From: Planctomycetota bacterium
GTDB lineage: Bacteria > Planctomycetota > Brocadiia > JAADGH01
NCBI GenBank assembly: GCA_040755855.1
Contig: JBFMAD010000002.1
Location: 160,001-224,000, forward strand
Direction of reading: 5' to 3'
DNA length: 64,000 nucleotides
Shown here in pieces: positions 56,116-64,000 of this stretch (positions within the stretch are counted from its first letter, which is position 1; each line of letters opens with the position of its first letter). Both the position numbers and the translations under genes were made by a program. The notes under the pieces are model-generated. The model did no database searches. It saw nothing but the letters and a program-made list of their open reading frames with translations, and had not been told where the DNA came from.

Positions 56116-57639
56116 CTACGGATACTTCTGCTCTGCCATGCCTGCGCCGCGGATTTTGACCAACGACGTCTTCTCGAAAGCCGGGCGCCCGGCGGATCTC
56201 GGCCCGATCAGGCCGATCTGACCCTCGCCGGTCACAGGCTCGTACACGCCATCGCGTTCGGGGTCCGCATACCGTCGGAACCAATCCTCAAGCATCGCCT
56301 TGAGCTCGGCGGCGCGGCTGTCCATGCCCACAGAAGAGATCAGATTGTGGATCTCCTCCGGATCGTTGCGGAGGTCGTAGAGCTCGTGGGGACCGTAGGG
56401 GTAGCGATGGACGTACTTCCACTCCCGCGTCCGCACCATCCGCACCGGCCCATACTCGTCAAAGACCACCACTCCCGGCCTGCCCTCGCACGCCTCGCCG
56501 CGCAGCATCGGCGCGAAGCTCCGCCCAGGCAGCCGGTCGGCTCCGGGATTATTGACGCCCACATAGTCCAGGAGCGTCGGCATGAGGTCGTACTGGCTGA
56601 ACATCTCTGTCACTACCTGCCCGCCGGGTGCGTGTCCCGGCCGGTTGATGATTAGCGGCACTTTGACGGATGTGTCATACATATTCATCGGGAAGGTGCC
56701 GTTGCCCTTGCCGTAAATACCATGGTGGCCGAGGTTCATGCCGTTATCGCTCAGGTAGATCACCAGCGTCTTCTCCCGCAGGCCGTTCCGGTCGAGGGTC
56801 TCGACGAGGCGGCCGATGTTGCGGTCCATCTCGGTAATGGCGGTGTAATACCCGCTGACCCGCTCCCGCCGCTCGGTCTCGTCGCGGGGATAGGTCTTCT
56901 CGGGATAGACGCGCCCCGTCTTCTCCGGCGTGTCAGGCATCCAGGCATGCATGGGCACATTGGGGGTGGACCGGAAGGGACAGTTCGCCATGTAATCATC
57001 GAAGGTGACCTGTGGGTGCAGGTCACGGAGCCAGGGGGCGTGGGGCGCGTTGTGGTGCACGCTCAGGTAGAACGGCTCGTCGGCGTTCTTCTGCCTCTCG
57101 ATGAAGTCCAGGGCATAGTCCGTTATGATGTCGCTGAGGTACCCCTTCTCCTGGCTGAACTCCCTGCCGTCCGTGAAGACCGGGTTCTGGTACTGGGTGC
57201 CGCTTACGTTGACGCGCCAGAAGGAGAATCCCTTCTGGGCATGGTCGGCGTCGCCCATGTGCCACTTGCCGCTGATGCCGCATCGGTATCCCTGCGCCGC
57301 CAGCAGGTCGGCATAGCCCCTCTGTCCGGCCAGGTATTCGATGGTTTTGCCCTCCTCCTTGCCTTTGCTCCATTCCCGGGTGGACTCGCCGCGCCGCAGC
57401 CAGTCGAGGATGCCGTGCTGGCTGGGAATCCTGCCGGTAAGGATCGAGGCACGGGCCGGCGAGCAGACGGGCGACGTGCAGAAGAAATTCTCGAACCGCA
57501 GCCCCGACGCCGCGAGCGCGTCGAGGTTCGGCGTGTGGACCTCCTTGTTGCCCGAACAGCCCATGGCCCATTGGCCGTGGTCGTCGGAGAGGATCAGGAG
57601 GATGTTCGGGCGTGTTTTCATGCCTCGCGTCTTGTCCAT
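56116..57639 (-). CDS. Sulfatase (formylglycine-type)
   Basis: PNILLILSDD, CSPAR, GKWHMG, SDNG, ELYDLRNDPEE. Confidence 0.93.
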   Translation of the reverse strand: MDKTRGMKTRPNILLILSDDHGQWAMGCSGNKEVHTPNLDALAASGLRFENFFCTSPVCSPARASILTGRIPSQHGILDWLRRGESTREWSKGKEEGKTIEYLAGQRGYADLLAAQGYRCGISGKWHMGDADHAQKGFSFWRVNVSGTQYQNPVFTDGREFSQEKGYLSDIITDYALDFIERQKNADEPFYLSVHHNAPHAPWLRDLHPQVTFDDYMANCPFRSTPNVPMHAWMPDTPEKTGRVYPEKTYPRDETERRERVSGYYTAITEMDRNIGRLVETLDRNGLREKTLVIYLSDNGMNLGHHGIYGKGNGTFPMNMYDTSVKVPLIINRPGHAPGGQVVTEMFSQYDLMPTLLDYVGVNNPGADRLPGRSFAPMLRGEACEGRPGVVVFDEYGPVRMVRTREWKYVHRYPYGPHELYDLRNDPEEIHNLISSVGMDSRAAELKAMLEDWFRRYADPERDGVYEPVTGEGQIGLIGPRSAGRPAFEKTSLVKIRGAGMAEQKYP

Positions 57640-57674
57640 AAACAATCCTTTCACAACATCGGTTCACTCAGGAA

Positions 57675-57802
57675 GGGCGTGTTGCCCAAATGGAATCTGG
57701 TAGGGGCGGCCCCGTGTGGCCGCCCCTTTGACGCCAAATCTTCGGCCCCAGGGAGGGGCACGTGGGCCCGCCCCTACAAAATCGGGTTTGGGCAACAGGC
57801 CC
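57675..57802. repeat. GTAG-type REP doublet inside a 16-bp outer inverted repeat
   Basis: GGGCGTGTTGCCCAAA .. GTAGGGGCGGCC-CCGTGT-GGCCGCCC .. CGCCCCTAC .. TTTGGGCAACAGGCCC. Confidence 0.8.
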
Positions 57803-57834
57803 GGAAGGTTTGATCTGCATTCCGCGCGTCGGCG

Positions 57835-59982
57835 TCACTTCGGCAGCCTCCATCGCGTGGCCATCAGGCACGTCTTCTCTCCCGGCTTGTCTATCTGGTA
57901 GTAGATGGTGTAGATCGTCCCGTCATCCAGCTCGACCGATGCGGGGTAGCCGAGGTCGCCGCTGGCCGAATCGTCGCGGAGAATGATCTCCTCGTCGAGG
58001 TTCCACGTCTCACCGCCGTCGTTGCTCAGGCAGGCCCGCTGGCCGAACGGCTTGCGGCGGTATCCGTAGGTCGTCAGGAGGCGCCCGTCGCGCAGGCGGA
58101 TGAGGTGGGGTGGCTTGCCCCAGATGGGCAGCTTGTGGGCGAGGGTCCACGTCCTGCCGCCGTCGTCGCTCTCCGTCTGCCAGAGGTAGTGCGGGTCCGG
58201 GCCGCGCTCCTGGCGGAGGTGGCCCACCAATCGGCCCTTCGTCGTTTGCACAAGGTGCGGCTCGCACCAGTAGCCATCACCCTGGTCCGGGAGGGGGACG
58301 CGGCCGATCGCCTTCCATGACGCCCCATCGTCGGGCGATTCCTCGGCCACGATTCCACGCTTGCCATCAATGGTCGTGCTGCCGAGGAAGAGGAGGCGTC
58401 CGTCGTCGAGCTGGATTGGGCCGTGGGGGGCAGTGCCCTCGATCCTCTGCTTGGGCAGCCACGTCTTGCCGCCGTCGGTGGAGCGGCGAATCCAGTGGCC
58501 GAGCTCCTTCTTGCGATCCTCATCGGTGATCTTTGCAATGTGCGACTTCCAGCCATCGACCATCGCGTCGCCGTATGCCTTCCGGCAGTCGTGCTGCTCG
58601 AAGGCCAGCGACGTGAACCAGCTGATAACGATGACGCCCGACCGGCAGACGAGAATCCCCGCGTCGCGGTCGTCGATGATGCAGTCGTTGATCGTCTCCG
58701 GCGCGGTCCAGGTCTTGCCGTTGTCGCGGCTGCGGATGATCTGCGTCTTGCCGAAGGGGCAGACGTGCTGGTCTCGGTCGCCGGAGAAGATGACCAGGAG
58801 TTCGCCGTCGGCCTTGCGGCCGATGGTCGGCCAGCCGATGTATCGGCCCGGCTGCTTGCAGATGACCTGATGCTCCGCCTGGATGTCCTCCGCCTTCTTC
58901 GGATGGTTCATTCTTTCTGTTGCTCCTGCAAAATCGGATTCGCTCAACTTGATCCGCACCTTGCCCTGCATGGTGGTGATCCACATCTCGCCGGGGCGGC
59001 GCTCGAAGACATAGGGATACGACTGCCGCTTGCCGGGGTCGCGGGCGATGACGACCGGCTTGCTCCACGTCTTCGCCTCGTCCTCGGAGAAGGACATGGC
59101 CAGCTCTTCGCGGCTGTTCTTGTCGTACGGCTTGCCCTCCGGCGACCGGTTCCAGAGCAGGACCAACCGCCCGCTCGCCAATCGCCCCAGCGTGCCGCAG
59201 CAGGTGCTGGAGCGGATGGCGGACTGCCGCACATCGGTCCAGGCGAGGCCGTCCTTCGAGACGGCCTCCCAGAACCAGCCCTTCGTCGTGCGGATGAGCA
59301 TATAGACGCGGCCGTCCTTCAGTTCCGCCACGGTCGCCTCCATCGTCCCGCCGTGGCTGCCGGAGCCGCCGATGTCAATGACGTTGCTTTTCTGCCATGT
59401 CTTGCCGTTGTCGTCGGAGACGTAGGTCATGACGACATGTCGGCCGGGGTCGAAGGCCACATCCTGCCCCGCGAGGACGAGGCGGCCGGATTTCAACTGG
59501 ATGAGCGACCGGATGGCCCCGCACCAGCCGTCCTGGATCTTCTGGGGCGGCTCCCAGGTCTTGCCGTCATCGAGGCTGCGGGTGACATAGGTAGGCAGGT
59601 AGAACTTGGAGAGCGCTGCCTTGTCGTCCACCTTCCATTCGCCGCGCGCGATCTCACGCTCGTTCAGGAAGGCGAACACGATCGCGCCGTCCTTCGTCCG
59701 GATCAATGCCCGCTCGGGTCGGGCATAGAACTTCTTTGTATCCGCGAAGATCGGATGCGCCTCCCACGTCTTTCCCTCGTCCGCGCTGATGAGCGCCCGG
59801 TCCTCCGCCGCTGCCAGGACGCGGCCGTCGGGCAGGTTGACGTACGGTCCCATGTGAGGGCTGGCCATCTTCTCGGCCTTCGGATGCACCCAGCTCCGGT
59901 CCTCCTCCGCGCAGGCCGCGGCCATGCCGAGGATGCCGAGACCCAGCAAAACCGCTATCGTAACGCTCGCACTCATGCTCAT
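57835..59982 (-). CDS. Secreted tandem BNR/Asp-box (sialidase-like) protein
   Basis: Many S-x-D-x-G-x-T-W boxes; two domains ending SYP and GYP. Confidence 0.88.
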   Translation of the reverse strand: MSMSASVTIAVLLGLGILGMAAACAEEDRSWVHPKAEKMASPHMGPYVNLPDGRVLAAAEDRALISADEGKTWEAHPIFADTKKFYARPERALIRTKDGAIVFAFLNEREIARGEWKVDDKAALSKFYLPTYVTRSLDDGKTWEPPQKIQDGWCGAIRSLIQLKSGRLVLAGQDVAFDPGRHVVMTYVSDDNGKTWQKSNVIDIGGSGSHGGTMEATVAELKDGRVYMLIRTTKGWFWEAVSKDGLAWTDVRQSAIRSSTCCGTLGRLASGRLVLLWNRSPEGKPYDKNSREELAMSFSEDEAKTWSKPVVIARDPGKRQSYPYVFERRPGEMWITTMQGKVRIKLSESDFAGATERMNHPKKAEDIQAEHQVICKQPGRYIGWPTIGRKADGELLVIFSGDRDQHVCPFGKTQIIRSRDNGKTWTAPETINDCIIDDRDAGILVCRSGVIVISWFTSLAFEQHDCRKAYGDAMVDGWKSHIAKITDEDRKKELGHWIRRSTDGGKTWLPKQRIEGTAPHGPIQLDDGRLLFLGSTTIDGKRGIVAEESPDDGASWKAIGRVPLPDQGDGYWCEPHLVQTTKGRLVGHLRQERGPDPHYLWQTESDDGGRTWTLAHKLPIWGKPPHLIRLRDGRLLTTYGYRRKPFGQRACLSNDGGETWNLDEEIILRDDSASGDLGYPASVELDDGTIYTIYYQIDKPGEKTCLMATRWRLPK

Positions 59983-59994
59983 ATCTCCATGTCC

Positions 59995-62169
59995 TTACTT
60001 TACATTCTCGTCCCACTTCACATCGTACCAGTCGCCCTTCGGGTAGGCCATGCGGAGCAGGTTCCCGTCGCCGCGATAGGCGGGGGGCAGCTCGCCCAGG
60101 GCCGTCCGCGCCGCCTCGATGTAGCGAAGCATGGCCAGGACGCGCGGCGAGGCCGTCCCGAAACCGGCCCCGATGGAACCCATGAAATCCGAAACAACGG
60201 GGCTAACCCAGACCCCCGCCTCGTTCTGCGTCGCCATCGCCTGCTCCGCGCCCGACCGAAACGCCTTCAAGCGATCCGCGGCGGACTGCGCCGTCAGCAT
60301 CGGCGCCAGGTCCTTCGGCGGCTCGGCCCTCTCCAGGATTCGCTTCATCGCCGGGACGGTCGAGGACGGCTTGAGCTGCCATGTGCCGATGGGCTGCTGC
60401 CGCACCCACGCCGCCTCCTTCTCGTCGTCCATGTGGTAGTTCTTCCGCTCCCAACAGGCGATGGGCCGGTTGTCGGACAGGTCGTGGTAGCACCACATCT
60501 CTCCGTTCGGGAAGGCCTTCTCCATCCAGGCGATGCAGTCGCGGATCGGCTGGAGGTAGCGGTCGTCCTTCGACAGGCGATAGACCTCCACCAGTCCCTG
60601 GGCGGCCAGGCGCGTCGCCGATTGCGAGCAGGCCGGCGGCTCGAAGTGCCGGGCCTCGGCGGGATTGTTGTCCTTGTCGTACTGTTCGGCCCAGCCGCGC
60701 GTTGCGCCCTTGATCTGCGCGGCGATGAACCAGTCGCCGGCGCGCTTGACTGACTCGATATACTTCCGCTCGCCGGTGATGTGGTACATCAGGACCATGA
60801 CGTCAATGGCGTCGTTCGTGCAGAGATCGTTGATCTCGCCGCCCTGGGGCTGGTTCCGCGCCGTCTTGCCGATGCCGTCCTTCGCGTCCCAGTGGTGCGA
60901 CCAGCTGCCGTTCGGGTTCTGCGCCTTCAGGTAGAACTCGCCCGCTTTCTTCAGCGCGGTCATGTATCGCTCGTCGCCGGTCAGCCGATGCAGGTAGGAC
61001 AGGAAGAAGATAGGGTGGCTCTGCACGCTGTCCTGCAGTTTGACGTGGCGCTCATCCGCGGCGGGTTTGATGCCGGAGACGGTCATGCGATAGCCGTGCA
61101 CCCAGAAGCCGCGCGGGTCCTGCGCGGCCAGGAGGAGGTCCGCCGTCTTCAGCGCAATTTCGAAAAAGCGATAATCGCCCATCACCTCATAGGCGTAGAG
61201 GAACCGCGAGGCGATGTGGGGCGAGGCGTGGCTCTTGTCATTGCCGACGGCCTCGGGGAAGTCCACGCACTCGCGCCCCTGGGCGGCGGACCCGATCAGC
61301 GTCGGCCATGTGTAGAGCGTCTGCCACCCGCCCCAGCGTTGCAGGTCGGCGATGAAGTTCAGGCACTTCCGCGCGTTGTCCTCCGTTTTTATGAGCAGCG
61401 CCTCGTCTTCCTTCGGCAGGGGCTTTATGTCCGCCTGGAGGACGGCGAGGGGAAGGTCGTAGATGACCAGATCGTCAATCTCCAGGCCGGGCAGGTTCAT
61501 CCCGTCCACCCGCGCCCCGAAGCCGCCGCCGACGTAGAAGATGAAGACGGGGCTGTGGCGGTCGGGGAACTTCATCGGCCCGGTCGCGCAGCGGCCGTCG
61601 AGGGCGATCGCCCCGATCCCGGCGGCGCGGTCCCACGAGGCGACGATGCAGTGCCACTCGTCCGGCGTGACGTCCTTGATCGGGAGGTCGAGTTTTGCGA
61701 TGGGCGGCTCCGTCCGCAGGTCCGGGCAGAAGACGAGGGAGAGCGCGGCCTTGTCGCGCAGGATGCCGATGCGGTCCTCGCCGCGGGCGTCGAAAAGCCA
61801 ATGCGGGGTCTCGTCCCGCCACACATTGCCCTTCACGAACATGCGCAGCGTCCCTCGGTGGGGATTGAAGTTGTTCCCGCCGCGGTAGTGCAGGTGGCCG
61901 CCTTTCTCTGCGATACGGGTCGCCTTGCCGTGCCTGCCGGGGACGCCCGCCGTCATCCCGAACCCCCCGGCAAGGGGCATGCCCCGGGCGAAGTCCGCGT
62001 CGTTCGAGTCGGCGCGGTCGAATGTGGCGACGAAGATGGTATGCCGCGTCTGGACTGCGGGCTGCTGCCACCAGTCGCCCTTGAGATGGGACTCCTCGGC
62101 CCAAACCACAGCGACAAGAACGATAAGGCAAGGCAACACGGCAAAAGATTTTAGGCAGTTATGTTTCAC
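59995..62169 (-). CDS. Secreted LamG-like plus alpha/alpha-barrel (pectate lyase PL10/prenyltransferase-like) protein
   Basis: GTG after GGAGGA; signal peptide; EWHCIVASWD; AQDPRGFW, AQNPNGSW, GWAEQYD..PAEARHFEPPA. Confidence 0.7.
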   Translation of the reverse strand: MKHNCLKSFAVLPCLIVLVAVVWAEESHLKGDWWQQPAVQTRHTIFVATFDRADSNDADFARGMPLAGGFGMTAGVPGRHGKATRIAEKGGHLHYRGGNNFNPHRGTLRMFVKGNVWRDETPHWLFDARGEDRIGILRDKAALSLVFCPDLRTEPPIAKLDLPIKDVTPDEWHCIVASWDRAAGIGAIALDGRCATGPMKFPDRHSPVFIFYVGGGFGARVDGMNLPGLEIDDLVIYDLPLAVLQADIKPLPKEDEALLIKTEDNARKCLNFIADLQRWGGWQTLYTWPTLIGSAAQGRECVDFPEAVGNDKSHASPHIASRFLYAYEVMGDYRFFEIALKTADLLLAAQDPRGFWVHGYRMTVSGIKPAADERHVKLQDSVQSHPIFFLSYLHRLTGDERYMTALKKAGEFYLKAQNPNGSWSHHWDAKDGIGKTARNQPQGGEINDLCTNDAIDVMVLMYHITGERKYIESVKRAGDWFIAAQIKGATRGWAEQYDKDNNPAEARHFEPPACSQSATRLAAQGLVEVYRLSKDDRYLQPIRDCIAWMEKAFPNGEMWCYHDLSDNRPIACWERKNYHMDDEKEAAWVRQQPIGTWQLKPSSTVPAMKRILERAEPPKDLAPMLTAQSAADRLKAFRSGAEQAMATQNEAGVWVSPVVSDFMGSIGAGFGTASPRVLAMLRYIEAARTALGELPPAYRGDGNLLRMAYPKGDWYDVKWDENVK

Positions 62170-62201
62170 AGATGTATCCTCCTCTCTCCGCACGCTTTTT
62201 C

Positions 62202-63803
62202 TCAAGGCAAGACCAGATCGAGATAGACCACCGTCGCCGGCCCCCCCTTTTCGATGCGGATCGTAACGGCGTTGAGACCGTCCTTGACGGCCGAGCGGGG
62301 GCATCGGTAACAGACATACTGTTCCGGCCCGGCAATATCGGCCTCGTGGGGATTGTCGAGGGGTTTGCGGACGAAATCCGTCCGCTGCAACGGGGCGCCG
62401 TTGACCTCAACAACCCATCCGAACTCCGCGCCTTTCTCCTCAGTCATCAGCCGCAGCAGGCCCTCCTTTGTGCTCGCGTTGGGGGCCATGTCGAGGGTAA
62501 CGGCATGGGATTGGCCCTCGCTCAGTCGCACCGGCAGCGGCGGCGGGTCCGGTGAGGGGCGGTTCCAGTTCTTTGCCAGGACGTACCACTGCGGCTGCTT
62601 GGCCAGCCAGTCCGGTTGCCTGAGGCGTTTGAGGACGTGGAAGGGCGGCTCGTTGAACGGCCCGCGGCCGGGCGTGCCGTGCTCGCGGTAGTAAACGAAG
62701 TTGAAGAGGCTCACGCCGTCGGCCCCACGCGCGTAGGCGAGGTGCGCCGTGGTGTAGAACTGCTCGTCGGTTGTGCGGAGGAAGAGGAAGTTGTCTCCCC
62801 CTTCGCCGCGCTTTGGTCCCGTCAGCGTGCAGTGGGTCATTTCGAGGTAGAGCGTCATGTCGGGGACCTGCTTGCGGATGAGCGCGAGGTCGGTCTGCTG
62901 CTGGGTGAAGTAGAAGGCGGAGAGGTTCGCCATATCAAGACCGGCCTCGGCCAGGGCGGGGAGATCAATCCCCAGCATATCGTGCGCGGACGCCATGCAC
63001 GGGATCCGAGCGCAGAGCCAGCGCTTCTGTCCCGGTTTGGCGGTGCGATCGAGCAGCTCCCTCACGCGCCTCACGAAGTCGGTCATGATCTTGCTGCGCT
63101 GCTCGGAGGTGGTTTCCTTCAACCGGAAGTAGGCGGGGAATCGCATGAAATCCAGCTCGAAGCCGTCAATGTCGTAGTTCTCGCACAGTTCCTTGATGAA
63201 TGCGAATTTGTGCTCGCGGACCTCCGGGATGGCCCAGTTCTGCACGCGCTGATCGCCCTTTTTCTTGTCCGGGCCGATGCGGTACTCGGGGTGCTCGGCG
63301 TAGAACCGGCTGCTGTACTTGGCCGAGGGGTGCTTCTCGTCCACGTAGTCGAGGTGGTGGGTGTCGTTCATGCGGAGGGAGACGAACGGGCTTTGGCCCT
63401 TCTTGCGGCACTCGTCCACGAAGACCTTGACGAGATCGCCCCCGTCCATGACGTACTGGCCGAAGTCGTCCGGTTTGCATCCCGTCCTCTCCTGGAACCA
63501 ACGATAGTGCTCCGCCGGGGGATAGGCCTTGCTTTGCCACCAGGGGACCCAGCCGAGGCCCGGCTGGAGCAGGTGGACGTCCGCGCCCTCCGCCTCGTCC
63601 ACAGAGGCCCGGAGCATGGCCTCGGTGAAGTGCTCGCCCTTCTTGTGATAGGGGCTGATGCAGGTCTGGAGGTTGGTTGTGTCGTTGCTGAACAGGACCT
63701 TGAATGGGGCCTTGGCGCGCCCCTTCGTATCCGCCGCGTCGGTCGGCAATCCTACCATATGGACACCTATCAGGACCCAGAACAGTGCGCATCGAAACCA
63801 CAT
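62202..63803 (-). CDS. Secreted glycosyl hydrolase-like (GHL10/DUF187-like) TIM barrel
   Basis: SLRMNDTH, NWAIPEVR, YDIDGFELDFMR, GADGVSLFNF. Confidence 0.75.
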   Translation of the reverse strand: MWFRCALFWVLIGVHMVGLPTDAADTKGRAKAPFKVLFSNDTTNLQTCISPYHKKGEHFTEAMLRASVDEAEGADVHLLQPGLGWVPWWQSKAYPPAEHYRWFQERTGCKPDDFGQYVMDGGDLVKVFVDECRKKGQSPFVSLRMNDTHHLDYVDEKHPSAKYSSRFYAEHPEYRIGPDKKKGDQRVQNWAIPEVREHKFAFIKELCENYDIDGFELDFMRFPAYFRLKETTSEQRSKIMTDFVRRVRELLDRTAKPGQKRWLCARIPCMASAHDMLGIDLPALAEAGLDMANLSAFYFTQQQTDLALIRKQVPDMTLYLEMTHCTLTGPKRGEGGDNFLFLRTTDEQFYTTAHLAYARGADGVSLFNFVYYREHGTPGRGPFNEPPFHVLKRLRQPDWLAKQPQWYVLAKNWNRPSPDPPPLPVRLSEGQSHAVTLDMAPNASTKEGLLRLMTEEKGAEFGWVVEVNGAPLQRTDFVRKPLDNPHEADIAGPEQYVCYRCPRSAVKDGLNAVTIRIEKGGPATVVYLDLVLP

Positions 63804-64000
63804 TGGATTATCTCCCGTCGTTCAACCCGAAATCGCAGCGCGTAGGATAAACTGCACAGGGGCATGGAGGCAAGGGGATTCTCTTGAAACAATCGAAGGT
63901 GCGGAGGACAATAGGCGGGTGTAACGTCGTTGAAATCGCCTTGAAGCGCGTTGCGATCGTTTCGGTTTCTTGCGTTTTTTTACAACCTATGAGCGCGAAT

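Overview
High-GC bacterial chromosomal segment, densely coding (about 55 CDS plus one tRNA-Glu). No prophage, transposase, integrase, CRISPR array or rRNA was seen. The gene mix (DUF1559/prepilin-like protein, PQQ-like propellers, sulfatases, BNR sialidase-like, Zn-ribbon, tungsten-type AOR) suggests a Planctomycetota/PVC-like, probably anaerobic organism; this is inference only. Housekeeping genes (purB, purC, thiE, thiD, birA, ubiX, msrAB, cysH, rtcB) are interspersed with hydrolases and oxidoreductases. Most notable: (1) rtcB sits behind a consensus sigma70 promoter, a 34-codon leader ORF with mutually exclusive 1:2 / 2:3 / 3:4 attenuator helices, and an unannotated 46-aa CxxC..CxxC microprotein; (2) in a sulfur cluster, the Rrf2 regulator, the DUF2061 protein and the APS reductase all end in x-Y-x-Ile, a CysK-docking-like tail, and two related operator boxes are present; (3) a membrane-anchored TPR protein has twelve 108-bp near-identical repeats varying mainly at groove positions; (4) a permuted PreA/PreT-like fusion; (5) several GTAG/CGTC palindromic and 6/7/9-mer tandem repeat families, some supplying stop codons or lying in-frame in proteins. 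All calls are by eye from motifs; no database searches or folding programs were run.
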